This document shows positions 1-9,863 of a DNA stretch of 64,000 nt, piece after piece. A program made the position numbers and the translations under genes. Source of the stretch: Myxococcales bacterium. Its GTDB lineage: Bacteria; Myxococcota_A; Polyangia; Nannocystales; Nannocystaceae. How positions within the stretch are numbered: position 1 is the first letter of the stretch; each line of letters opens with the position of its first letter. Location: NCBI GenBank assembly GCA_020633295.1, contig JACKDW010000006.1:270181-334180 (forward strand), read 5' to 3'. The notes below the pieces were generated by a model, which saw nothing but the letters and a program-made list of their open reading frames with translations, was not told the origin of the DNA and did not search any database.

Positions 1-1814
<1,814 letters not shown>

Positions 1815-1870
1815 CCCGCTGAGCGCACCCCGACTCGAGCTTGACGTTTTCAGCGACCACGGAGCCCTCC

Positions 1871-2656
1871 ATGTCCAAACAGACCATGAGCCTCACGCTG
1901 CACATCTGGCGACAGCCCGGCCCGGACCGTCCGGGGCGCCTCGTGCCCTACAAGGTCACGGATGTCAGTCCGGACATGTCGTTCCTCGAGATGCTCGACG
2001 TGCTCAACGAGGGCATCATCGAGGGCAAGATCAAGGACGTCGGCAACTACGGGCCGGTCGTCTTCGACCACGACTGCCGCGAGGGGATCTGCGGGATGTG
2101 CTCGATGGTCGTCAACGGCGAGCCCCACGGGCCGCGCCGCGGCACCACGACCTGCCAGCTGCACATGCGCTCGTTCGAGGACGGCGACGAGATCTACATC
2201 GAGCCGTGGCGGGCCAAGGCGTTCCCGATCGTCAAGGACCTCGTGGTCGATCGCTCCGCCTTCGACAACATCATCGCCGCCGGCGGCTTCATCTCGGTGA
2301 ACACGGGCAGCGCTCCGGACGCGAACGCGATCCCGATCGGCAAGCGCGACGCCGACGAGGCCTTCGACTACGCGGCCTGCATCGGCTGCGGCGCGTGCGT
2401 GGCGGCGTGCCCGAACGCGTCGGCGATGCTGTTCGTCGGCGCCAAGGTCGCGCATCTCGTCAAGATGCCCCAGGGCCAGGTCGAGCGAGAGTCGCGTGTG
2501 ATCAACATGGTCTCGACCATGGACGACGCGGGCTTCGGCGCCTGCACGAACCACGGCGAGTGCTCGCGCTCCTGCCCCAAGGAGATCAGCCTCGACGCGA
2601 TCATGCTGCTCAACCGTGAGTACATGCGCGCGACCGTGAAGACGCGCGGCAAGTAG
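1871..2656 (+). CDS. sdhB: Succinate dehydrogenase iron-sulfur subunit
   Basis: Fe-S cysteine motifs are present ([36 protein letters not shown]). A GGAG ribosome-binding site lies at 1861-1864, ahead of the ATG at 1871. The ORF track starts earlier at a TTG (1841). The gene immediately follows sdhA. Confidence 0.9.
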   Translation: MSKQTMSLTLHIWRQPGPDRPGRLVPYKVTDVSPDMSFLEMLDVLNEGIIEGKIKDVGNYGPVVFDHDCREGICGMCSMVVNGEPHGPRRGTTTCQLHMRSFEDGDEIYIEPWRAKAFPIVKDLVVDRSAFDNIIAAGGFISVNTGSAPDANAIPIGKRDADEAFDYAACIGCGACVAACPNASAMLFVGAKVAHLVKMPQGQVERESRVINMVSTMDDAGFGACTNHGECSRSCPKEISLDAIMLLNREYMRATVKTRGK

Positions 2657-2680
2657 CGACACGCTCGCGGTTCGAAACAA

Positions 2681-2720
2681 ATCAGGCGCCGCTCGGGCTC
2701 GAGCGGCGCCTGATTTTTTG
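2681..2720. terminator. Rho-independent terminator hairpin that probably serves both convergent genes (sdhB on + and the small gene on -)
   Basis: A 13-bp perfect stem, caggcgccgctcg (2683-2695) paired with cgagcggcgcctg (2700-2712), has a 4-nt loop. It is followed by TTTTTT and preceded by an A-run (aaacaaat). Confidence 0.7.
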
Positions 2721-2741
2721 GCGGGCTTGCGCCACGGGCTG

Positions 2742-2942
2742 CTAGGAGGCCTTGCCCTGCTCCCGGTAGAACAGGGTGATCGTCAGGCAGTGAAACTCGC
2801 TGTCCGAGCTCTGCGTGACGATCTTGTCGACGACCTCGATACCGGGGTTTGAGCCGATCCAGTCGGTGACACGCTCACTGATCTGCTCGCGCTCCCATGC
2901 CTTGGTTGCCGAGAAGACCTTGACTCCAGTGAACTGCTCCAT
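2742..2942 (-). CDS. Hypothetical small protein (66 aa) with atypical lower GC and codon usage
   Basis: A clean ORF is preceded by a strong GGAGGAAA ribosome-binding site directly upstream of the ATG. Its GC is about 57%, against about 70% in flanking genes. The product (MEQFTGVKVFSATKAWEREQISERVTDWIGSNPGIEVVDKIVTQSSDSEFHCLTITLFYREQGKAS) has normal composition. I do not recognise a family. Confidence 0.55.
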   Translation of the reverse strand: MEQFTGVKVFSATKAWEREQISERVTDWIGSNPGIEVVDKIVTQSSDSEFHCLTITLFYREQGKAS

Positions 2943-3078
2943 TTTCCTCCCCCTTCACCACGTCGCCGCCTACTCCACACGACGGCCACTTTTCGAGTAT
3001 CTACACCATCCGAAAATCGATGTGCAATGCCGCTGCTGGGCGGCTCTACTCGAGTTTTCTTTGTAGGGACAACGAACA

Positions 3079-4038
3079 ATGAATCAGACCGCGAACACAG
3101 CCGAGGCCTGGGCGACGGTCACCGCCCGGCCGACCTCCCCGCCCCTCGCCGATGTGAACGGACCGGACCCGCGGCTCGAGGCTGTGGCGGCGCTGCTGGC
3201 CGAAGACGATCGCGTTGGCGGCGTGGAGCTGCGCGACGACACGACGCTCGGCTTCGCCGTCGAGCACCCCGAACTCATCGCCTATACCCAGCCTGAGCAC
3301 GTGCCGGCCATCGCTGAGGCCATCCCCGGGTTGGCGGCGCGCCTCGGGCTCGAGCTGTCGGTCGAGAGCGCGGTCCACCACGACGATGGGTGGCGCGACC
3401 GCTGGAAGGAGTTCTACAAGCCGCTCCGCTTCGGCGACGGCGCGCTGCTGCTGCGACCGAGCTGGCATCCCCGAGGACCCGATGACCCCGCCGCCGAGCT
3501 CGTCCTGGATCCCGGGCGCGCCTTCGGGACCGGCCTGCACGAGAGCACCCAGCTGTGTCTCGAGCAGCTGATCGCGGTCGGCAAGGCCTGGCCGCCTGGT
3601 CCCCCGAAGAACCTGCTCGACCTCGGCTGCGGCTCCGGGATCCTCGCGCTGGCGGCGTGTCGGCTGTTCGCGCCGCAGTTGTCGCGGGTCGCGGCGATGG
3701 ACGTCGACAGCGAGGCGACGGAGACGACCCGGGAGAACGCGGCGCTGAACGGGATCACGAAGCTCGAGCTGACCACCGGGACGATCGCGGACATCGATCC
3801 TGCGCGGCGCTTCGAGCTCATCCTGGCCAACATCCGTCCCACGATCCTCGTGCCGATCGCGGCGGAGCTCGTGCGGCGCCTCGCGCCCGGCGGCGAGCTG
3901 ATCCTCGGCGGGATCCTCGAGGACGAGGGCGATGAGGTCGCCGAGGCCTACGCCGCGCTCGGACTCGTCGAGCGCGCGCGGCCGGTCCTGCGCGACTGGT
4001 GCGCGCTGTACCTGACGCGGCCGGAGCGCAGCGCGTGA
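3079..4038 (+). CDS. prmA: Ribosomal protein L11 methyltransferase
   Basis: The PrmA signature PGRAFGTGLHESTQLCLE is followed by the SAM-binding motif DLGCGSGILALAA. An AGGGA ribosome-binding site precedes the ATG at 3079. Confidence 0.9.
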   Translation: MNQTANTAEAWATVTARPTSPPLADVNGPDPRLEAVAALLAEDDRVGGVELRDDTTLGFAVEHPELIAYTQPEHVPAIAEAIPGLAARLGLELSVESAVHHDDGWRDRWKEFYKPLRFGDGALLLRPSWHPRGPDDPAAELVLDPGRAFGTGLHESTQLCLEQLIAVGKAWPPGPPKNLLDLGCGSGILALAACRLFAPQLSRVAAMDVDSEATETTRENAALNGITKLELTTGTIADIDPARRFELILANIRPTILVPIAAELVRRLAPGGELILGGILEDEGDEVAEAYAALGLVERARPVLRDWCALYLTRPERSA

Positions 4039-4754
4039 GCCCGCGGGTGTTCGCGTGCGGCCCCCACGCCACGCCGCCGGCGCTCGTACCAGGCGGTCGC
4101 CTCGTCCTCGACCGCGACGAGTCCCACTACCTCCGCCGCGTTCGGCGCGTCCGCGTGGGCGCTACCGTGGAGGTAATTGACGGCGCAGGAGCCCTGTGGT
4201 CGGCCACCCTCGCGGACGATGACGCGCGTGCCTGCGCGCTCGAGCTCGGCGAGCGACTGCCCACGATCACGCCGCCGCGCGTCGTGGATCTCGTGCTCTG
4301 TATGCCCGAGTCCGCGGCGACCCTGACCGCGCTGACTGGGGCCTCCGAGGCCGGCGCCCACTCGATCACGCTCGCGCGCTCAGCCCGCAGTTCAACCTCC
4401 CCTCCCAGCGCCGCGCGCCAATTGCGCGTGCTTCGCGCTGCGCAACGACAGTGCGGTCGCCCGCTTCCCCCTGAGGTCCACGGTCCGATGTCGCTCACGG
4501 ACGCGGTTCGCGCGCACGCCGTGAATGGGCAAGGGTTTTTTGCTTGGGCGGCCCCGGCGGTACGCGCGCAGTCGGAACGACCGAACGTGATCGGGCCCCG
4601 TGTGTGGCTCGTGGTCGGACCCGAGGGCGGCCTCGTCGAGGAGGAGGTCAACGTGCTCCGCGAGGTTGGCGCGACGGCCATCGGCCTCGGTCCGTGGGTG
4701 CTTCGAAGCGAGACCGCCGCGATCGCCGGCATCGCGCTGCTATTGAATGTTTGA
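4035..4754 (+). CDS. rsmE: 16S rRNA (uracil1498-N3)-methyltransferase RsmE
   Basis: RsmE-like sequence includes the C-terminal motif VVGPEGGLVEEEV...RSETAAIAGIALL. The GTG start overlaps the prmA stop as GTGA at 4035-4038. The ORF track shows an earlier in-frame ATG at 3999, which lies inside prmA. Confidence 0.8.
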   Translation: MSPRVFACGPHATPPALVPGGRLVLDRDESHYLRRVRRVRVGATVEVIDGAGALWSATLADDDARACALELGERLPTITPPRVVDLVLCMPESAATLTALTGASEAGAHSITLARSARSSTSPPSAARQLRVLRAAQRQCGRPLPPEVHGPMSLTDAVRAHAVNGQGFFAWAAPAVRAQSERPNVIGPRVWLVVGPEGGLVEEEVNVLREVGATAIGLGPWVLRSETAAIAGIALLLNV

Positions 4755-4810
4755 TTTATAATTACAAATATTTAGATATCATTTTTAGATGTAAAACACC
4801 TCTCCATTTT
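4741..4810. promoter_or_regulatory. AT-rich island of about 70 bp, possibly the promoter or UP element for the downstream RDD gene
   Basis: The sequence ctattgaatgtttgatttataattacaaatatttagatatcatttttagatgtaaaac is about 20% GC in a ~70% GC genome. It contains TTGATT-N17-AGATAT and TATAAT-like hexamers. Confidence 0.3.
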
Positions 4811-4818
4811 GCGCGCGT

Positions 4819-5448
4819 GTGCGGACGCTGGAACGGACGGCCAGCGTGATAGGCTGCGTCCCGGTGGGAATCCTACGTCGCGACAACAAGCGAGCGGCGC
4901 CCTGCCCTGGGTGCGATACGCCGATTGACCCGGCGATTGCGACCTCTGCGCTCGCGGCCTGCCCGACCTGCGGTCAGGCGCTCGTGCCTGTGCGCGTCGC
5001 CGGTTTCTGGCGGCGGAGCGTCGCGCTGGTGCTCGACGGGGCCATCCTGCTCGTGACCGCGGTCCCGCTTCACTACGCCGTCCTGCGTGTCACCGGCGGC
5101 TGGCTGCCGCGACGGGAGTCCTGGGGCCTCAACGGGCTGCTCGAGCTCCTGGCGGCCGACCTCGGCAACGTGCTCGTGTGGCTCGCGCCGCTGCTCGTGA
5201 TGGCGTCGCTGTACACGGTGCTGTTCACGGCCCTCATGGGTCGGACACCGGGACAGCGCGCGGTCGGGCTCGTGGTCATCTCAAGGCGCGGAGAGCGCCC
5301 ACGCTGGCACGTCGCGGTCCTTCGATTGCTGGGGTTGCTGCTCGGCGCGATTCCGGCCGGCCTCGGCGCGATTTGGATCGCGATCGACCGCGAGAAGCGC
5401 GGACTCCACGACCATATCGCGGGCACGTACGTCGTCCGGGTATCGTAG
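4819..5448 (+). CDS. RDD-family membrane protein with an N-terminal zinc-ribbon
   Basis: A CPGC...CPTCG zinc-ribbon is followed by hydrophobic segments and the RDD-type motif IAIDREKRGLHDHIAGTYVV. It starts at a GTG and the exact start is uncertain. Confidence 0.7.
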   Translation: MRTLERTASVIGCVPVGILRRDNKRAAPCPGCDTPIDPAIATSALAACPTCGQALVPVRVAGFWRRSVALVLDGAILLVTAVPLHYAVLRVTGGWLPRRESWGLNGLLELLAADLGNVLVWLAPLLVMASLYTVLFTALMGRTPGQRAVGLVVISRRGERPRWHVAVLRLLGLLLGAIPAGLGAIWIAIDREKRGLHDHIAGTYVVRVS

Positions 5449-5505
5449 TGGGACTCGGGGCCGGTCACGACGACCGGGTCGTGTGCTGTTCGTGAGGAGG
5501 GATTC

Positions 5506-7842
5506 GTGAGCTTGCTGCGCGCATACCTGGAATCGAAGCAGCTGCTTCCGACCGACGCGCTCACGAGTATCAGTCGTCGTCAGTCGATCTATGGCGGGAG
5601 CTTCGACACGAACCTGCTCGAGCTGCAGCTGCTCGAGCCGCACGTCGTCGACGAGGCCCTCGAGCAGGCCTGCGGGTTGCCGGCGGTGCCGCCGTCGTTG
5701 CTCGAGGAGGACAACAAGCGCCCGTGGGACGCGGTGCCCTCCGACGCGACCGAGCCGGGGATGGTCGTGCCGCTGCGCAAGGACGACGACCGCCTGCTGG
5801 TCGCCACCCACCCCGACCTGCCGAACAGCCAGCTCGGGCTGCTGTACCGGACGGTCAAGGGCTTCACGCCGATGGTCACCGCCGAGTGCTGCCTGGCCGC
5901 CCTCAACGCGCAGCGCGTCGGGCAGTCGGTGGGCGGACGCTACGCGGCCCTCGTGAAGGGCTATCGCGACGCGCTCCTCACCCACCGTGTGCCCGAGCCC
6001 GAGCCGAACGAGACGCCTGCCGACTCAACGACCGACGCGGGGCCGATGGCGAAGCTCGAGCAGACGCTCGAGCGTCTTCGGGATCCGAGCCGTCCGGTAC
6101 CCAAGCCGCCCCCGCTGTGGGTCACGCTGGCGAAGCAGCTGTCGCGCTCGCGGACACGCCTGGCGATGGCGCGGGACACCAAGTCGGCGACTGCGGCGTT
6201 GGTGCGTGCCGCGCTGATCATCGCCCCGCGCGTGGGCCTGTTCGCGGTCAAAAAAGAGGGGCTTCGCGTGCTCGAGGCGCCAGGCAGCGCGCTGCGCCTC
6301 CGACGTCGCGAGGTCATTCCGCTGGCGGCCTACGGCCGGCTCGAGCGAGCGGTCCTGGGCGACGTAATGCTCGATCGAACCAGCTCGTTGACGCTGCGCC
6401 AGTGCCTCGACCAGCCGCACCCGATCCCCTGCATCTTCCTCCCGATCCGCGTGCACAGCCGCCCGGTGCTCGTCTTGTACCTCGACCGCGAAGGCCAGCC
6501 CTTCGCCAAGGCCGAGCGTGACGCCGCTCGCGACCTGTGCGACGTCGCCGAGAAGACCCTCGACGAGGTCCTGCGCGTGCTCCACCGTCGTGCGGCGCGC
6601 GCGGCCGAGGACAGCCCGACCGTGTCGGCGATCCGTCGCGTGGCGGTCGTGGATCTCACGCAGCAGCTCAACGGGGCCTCGGCTGCGGGGCTCCCGATCC
6701 CGACGAACGCCGCCAGCGTCAGCTCGGCCGAGATTCCCGAGGATCTACGCGAACGACTCCCACACGAGCGGAGCGTGACGCCGCCGTCGGATGACCTCGA
6801 GACAACACAGCCGATCCTCGTGATGCCCCGCGAGCTGACGCGCCCGCCCGAACCCGAGGCCAGCACGTCGAACATCCTGCCGTCGGTGGTGCTGCCCTCG
6901 CTCTCGGCCTCGGCGGAGTCCGCCCACGTCCCGTCCCTGATCAAGCCGAAGGCGCCAACCACGCCCGCGGCCAACGCCGAGCCCGATTCGAGCCCCGCGG
7001 CGATTGACCAGGCGATCCGCGACTACCTCGACGGGCAAGCGCCCATCACGCGACTGCGCGACCTCGGTGAACCCGCGCTCGCGGAGATCGCCAACAGGTT
7101 CCCGGGACCGCTCGCGTTCAACTCGATCAACATCAACAATCTGCGCAAACCGTCCGAGCACGGCGCGCTGCTGCAGGCCTGCGTCGAGCTCGGCCCGGCC
7201 ATCACGCCGTACCTGCTCGAGCTGATGGATCACGGCAAGGTCCAGATCCGCTTCTACGCCGTGTACCTGTATCAGGAGCTGCGCGATCCGCGGTGCATCC
7301 AGGTGCTCGGTGAGCGCGCGTTCGATGCGGACGAGAACGTGCGCGTCGTGGCCATGCGCGTGCTGGAGACCTACGCGCGCGCGCAGGGCTACGGGCGAAC
7401 GCTGCACAAGATCCGCCGGGCGCTGACGAGCAGCAACCGCAAGCGCCAGCTCCAGGCGATTCGCGCGCTCGGCACGGTGCGTGATGTCCTCGCCGTCCCG
7501 ACGCTCATCGATCTGCTCGAGACCCGGGATCCGTATCTTCAGGAAGTCGCGCTAGAGGCGCTGTGCTCGATCACCGGGCAGCAGCTCGGTTTCAAAGCGC
7601 GCCGCTGGCGCGACTGGCACAACGCCCACGGCCACGAGCACCGGGCCGAGTGGTTGATGAGTCAGCTGCGACATCGTGATGTCGCGGTGCGTCGCTGGTG
7701 CGCCGAGGAGTTGGCGCGGATCACCGGCGCGTCGATCCCGTTTCGCGCCGACGCCGACCGCCGAACCCGCGAGAAAGCGATCGAGCGGTGGTACGAGTGG
7801 TGGCGAGACAACCACAAGCGATTTCTCGAGACCATTCGATAA
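5506..7842 (+). CDS. Protein with an N-terminal MshEN/GspE-N-like domain and C-terminal HEAT (PBS-lyase-like) repeats
   Basis: The N-terminus (LRAYLESKQLLPTDALTSISRRQ...LLELQLLE) matches the MshEN/T2SS-E N-domain pattern. The C-terminus has repeated HEAT-like units (VRFYAVYLYQELRDPRCIQVLGE, ENVRVVAMRVLETY, AIRALGTVRDVLAVPTLIDLLETRDPYLQEVALEALCSITG, VRRWCAEELARITG). Start is a GTG. Confidence 0.7.
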   Translation: MSLLRAYLESKQLLPTDALTSISRRQSIYGGSFDTNLLELQLLEPHVVDEALEQACGLPAVPPSLLEEDNKRPWDAVPSDATEPGMVVPLRKDDDRLLVATHPDLPNSQLGLLYRTVKGFTPMVTAECCLAALNAQRVGQSVGGRYAALVKGYRDALLTHRVPEPEPNETPADSTTDAGPMAKLEQTLERLRDPSRPVPKPPPLWVTLAKQLSRSRTRLAMARDTKSATAALVRAALIIAPRVGLFAVKKEGLRVLEAPGSALRLRRREVIPLAAYGRLERAVLGDVMLDRTSSLTLRQCLDQPHPIPCIFLPIRVHSRPVLVLYLDREGQPFAKAERDAARDLCDVAEKTLDEVLRVLHRRAARAAEDSPTVSAIRRVAVVDLTQQLNGASAAGLPIPTNAASVSSAEIPEDLRERLPHERSVTPPSDDLETTQPILVMPRELTRPPEPEASTSNILPSVVLPSLSASAESAHVPSLIKPKAPTTPAANAEPDSSPAAIDQAIRDYLDGQAPITRLRDLGEPALAEIANRFPGPLAFNSININNLRKPSEHGALLQACVELGPAITPYLLELMDHGKVQIRFYAVYLYQELRDPRCIQVLGERAFDADENVRVVAMRVLETYARAQGYGRTLHKIRRALTSSNRKRQLQAIRALGTVRDVLAVPTLIDLLETRDPYLQEVALEALCSITGQQLGFKARRWRDWHNAHGHEHRAEWLMSQLRHRDVAVRRWCAEELARITGASIPFRADADRRTREKAIERWYEWWRDNHKRFLETIR

Positions 7843-7851
7843 CCATCGAGA

Positions 7852-9840
7852 TTACTTGGCGTTTCCGGTCAGAAGTTCGAGCACCGGATAGCGGGTGCAC
7901 AGGCTGTCCCGCACGGTCGCGTCGACCGCGGCGGCGATCGAGAGACGACCGCCGGCGACCTCGTCGATATCGAACACCGCCCCGCCCGTCCCGTCCGGCA
8001 GCGAGGGTTGGTCGCGGAAGCGCTTGAAGAACCCGGGCTCCACGTCGAGGCACTCGCACTCCCCGCCGATCCGAGCCGCGAAGCTGGCCACCCGCACCTC
8101 GTGGTCACGCAACGCCGAGAGCGTCTGGGCGTAGGAGTGCTGCACGCGCACGCCACTCTGCGGGGTCGGCGCCTCGCGGAAGTCGTCATCGGTCGCGTGG
8201 ATCACCAGACGCACCGTGTCGGCGGCGGGCCGCCACGCGAACTGGGTGGCGGCCGCGTGCAGGGCATCGAGGGTGTTCTCCGGCCAATCGACGTTGGTCG
8301 CCTCGCTGAGCACCTGGCGGTTGCTCGCGGTGAAGCCGCGCCAGTGCACGAACTGCTGGCGCAGGCTGTCGACGTCCGCGAACGGCTGGCCGCTGTTGGT
8401 GACCAGAACGTCGTCGACGAACACGATCAGCCCGTAGCGTGGATCCCGGCCGAGCGCGCGGAGTTTCTCGTCGACCTCGGTGATCCCGCGCTCGACGTGG
8501 TCGAGCATGAACCCCATGGTCGTCGAGACGTCGATGACGAACACGACATCGACGTTGTCCCTGGCGCGCTGGGTCGGGTCCTCGCAGGTGAACTCGGGCT
8601 CGGCGCCTGCGGTGCCAATGACCACGCCCTTCGCCAACTCCGGGCCGGCCTTAACCACATGGGAGAGCGCGGGACCCTCCGCTGCGGCGTCCGCGAGCGC
8701 GTGGGCCACGGTCGGCTCTGGCTCCTCAACGACCGAGATCGTGACGGACGCCGGCTCCTCGACGATCTCGAGATCGAGGGGCGCCGCCTCGAGGACGTCG
8801 AGGATGAGCCCTGGATCGGTGTCCGGATCGCCCACGAGAACCGCGAGCGGGAGTTCGGGCTCGCCGCGCGCCGGCTCGAGCTCGGCGGTTGCGATCATGG
8901 CCGTCGCCGTCTCGAGACGTGAAACGGGCTTCGGCTTCGGCTTCGGCTTCGCGGTCGGTTCGACGGTCGGTTCGACGGTCGGCTCGGGCGTCGGTACCTC
9001 CTCAGCGATCGCCGCCTCCACTGGCTCCTCGGTCGTGCCGATCACGACCGGCCCCTCCTCGGGGGAGCCCCAGATGTCGACATCTTCGGGCTCCTCGACC
9101 TCAACGTCCTCCTCCGCCTCGACCTCGCCCTCCCCCATGGCGACCATGGGCTCCACCCCACCCCACTCGACCCGAGGGCCAGGCTCGACGAGGCGCACGG
9201 TGTTGAACATCGCCCGGGCGATCGGCGAGTCCTCGCCGTTCGGATCGCCGTAGGCCAGCACCTCCGCGATGGGGTGCGACACCGCCGTGCCGATCCCGAA
9301 CAGCGCCAGCACCGAGAGCCCGTAGACGATCGTCCGCCCGAGCTCGCTCCAGGCCACGCGACTGCCGAAGCGCGCCAGGGGAGCGCTCTCCCGTCGCAGC
9401 TCGACGACGATCTCGGGGTGCGCGCGCACGCGCATCACGACGCCTGCGCCGAGCGCAAGCGGGCCGCCTCCGCGCGGTTCACGCCCATCGTGAACAAGCT
9501 CGAGCCCATCAGGAACGACCGGGCGACCGGCCGCCACCAGCGACGACAAGCCGGTCGCGCCGCCCACGCCCGGGACGATCACGGTGCTGCCGGACGCCTC
9601 TCCGATCGTCACCTCGGCGTCCGGGGGGAGCAGGCGATCCTCGCGCCGCTGACCGCAGTACTCGAGGATGACGCGCCATCCCCAGCGGGGCGACGTGGCC
9701 GCGGGCCGGGGCGAGGGTTGCTCAGCGTGCGGGCTCAGGCTCACCACCTGGGTACGTACCGCGCCGGCGGGCCATTCACGAACTGCAAGCATTGCCAGCT
9801 CGCGCGCCCGCGGCGCGCACGATCGCGCGACGGCCCGCAC
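7852..9840 (-). CDS. Membrane-anchored von Willebrand factor A (VWA) domain protein with an FHA-like N-terminal region and a Pro/Glu/Thr/Lys-rich linker
   Basis: A VWA core with MIDAS-like motif (DVVFVIDVSTTMGFML...YGLIVFVDD...VIHATDDD) is present. A transmembrane segment is LGRTIVYGLSVLALFGIGTAV. A low-complexity linker reads PTPEPTVEPTVEPTAKPKPKPKP. The upstream ORF on the other strand is Arg-rich junk. Confidence 0.7.
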   Translation of the reverse strand: MRAVARSCAPRARELAMLAVREWPAGAVRTQVVSLSPHAEQPSPRPAATSPRWGWRVILEYCGQRREDRLLPPDAEVTIGEASGSTVIVPGVGGATGLSSLVAAGRPVVPDGLELVHDGREPRGGGPLALGAGVVMRVRAHPEIVVELRRESAPLARFGSRVAWSELGRTIVYGLSVLALFGIGTAVSHPIAEVLAYGDPNGEDSPIARAMFNTVRLVEPGPRVEWGGVEPMVAMGEGEVEAEEDVEVEEPEDVDIWGSPEEGPVVIGTTEEPVEAAIAEEVPTPEPTVEPTVEPTAKPKPKPKPVSRLETATAMIATAELEPARGEPELPLAVLVGDPDTDPGLILDVLEAAPLDLEIVEEPASVTISVVEEPEPTVAHALADAAAEGPALSHVVKAGPELAKGVVIGTAGAEPEFTCEDPTQRARDNVDVVFVIDVSTTMGFMLDHVERGITEVDEKLRALGRDPRYGLIVFVDDVLVTNSGQPFADVDSLRQQFVHWRGFTASNRQVLSEATNVDWPENTLDALHAAATQFAWRPAADTVRLVIHATDDDFREAPTPQSGVRVQHSYAQTLSALRDHEVRVASFAARIGGECECLDVEPGFFKRFRDQPSLPDGTGGAVFDIDEVAGGRLSIAAAVDATVRDSLCTRYPVLELLTGNAK

Positions 9841-9863
9841 ATCCCGTGGTATGTAGGTCCACC

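Noticed and set aside
8008-9253. Several 250-300 aa ORFs on the plus strand (8008..8922, 8480..9253)
   Set aside because: They are antisense to the VWA-domain gene. Their products are low-complexity Ser/Thr/Gly or Arg-rich.
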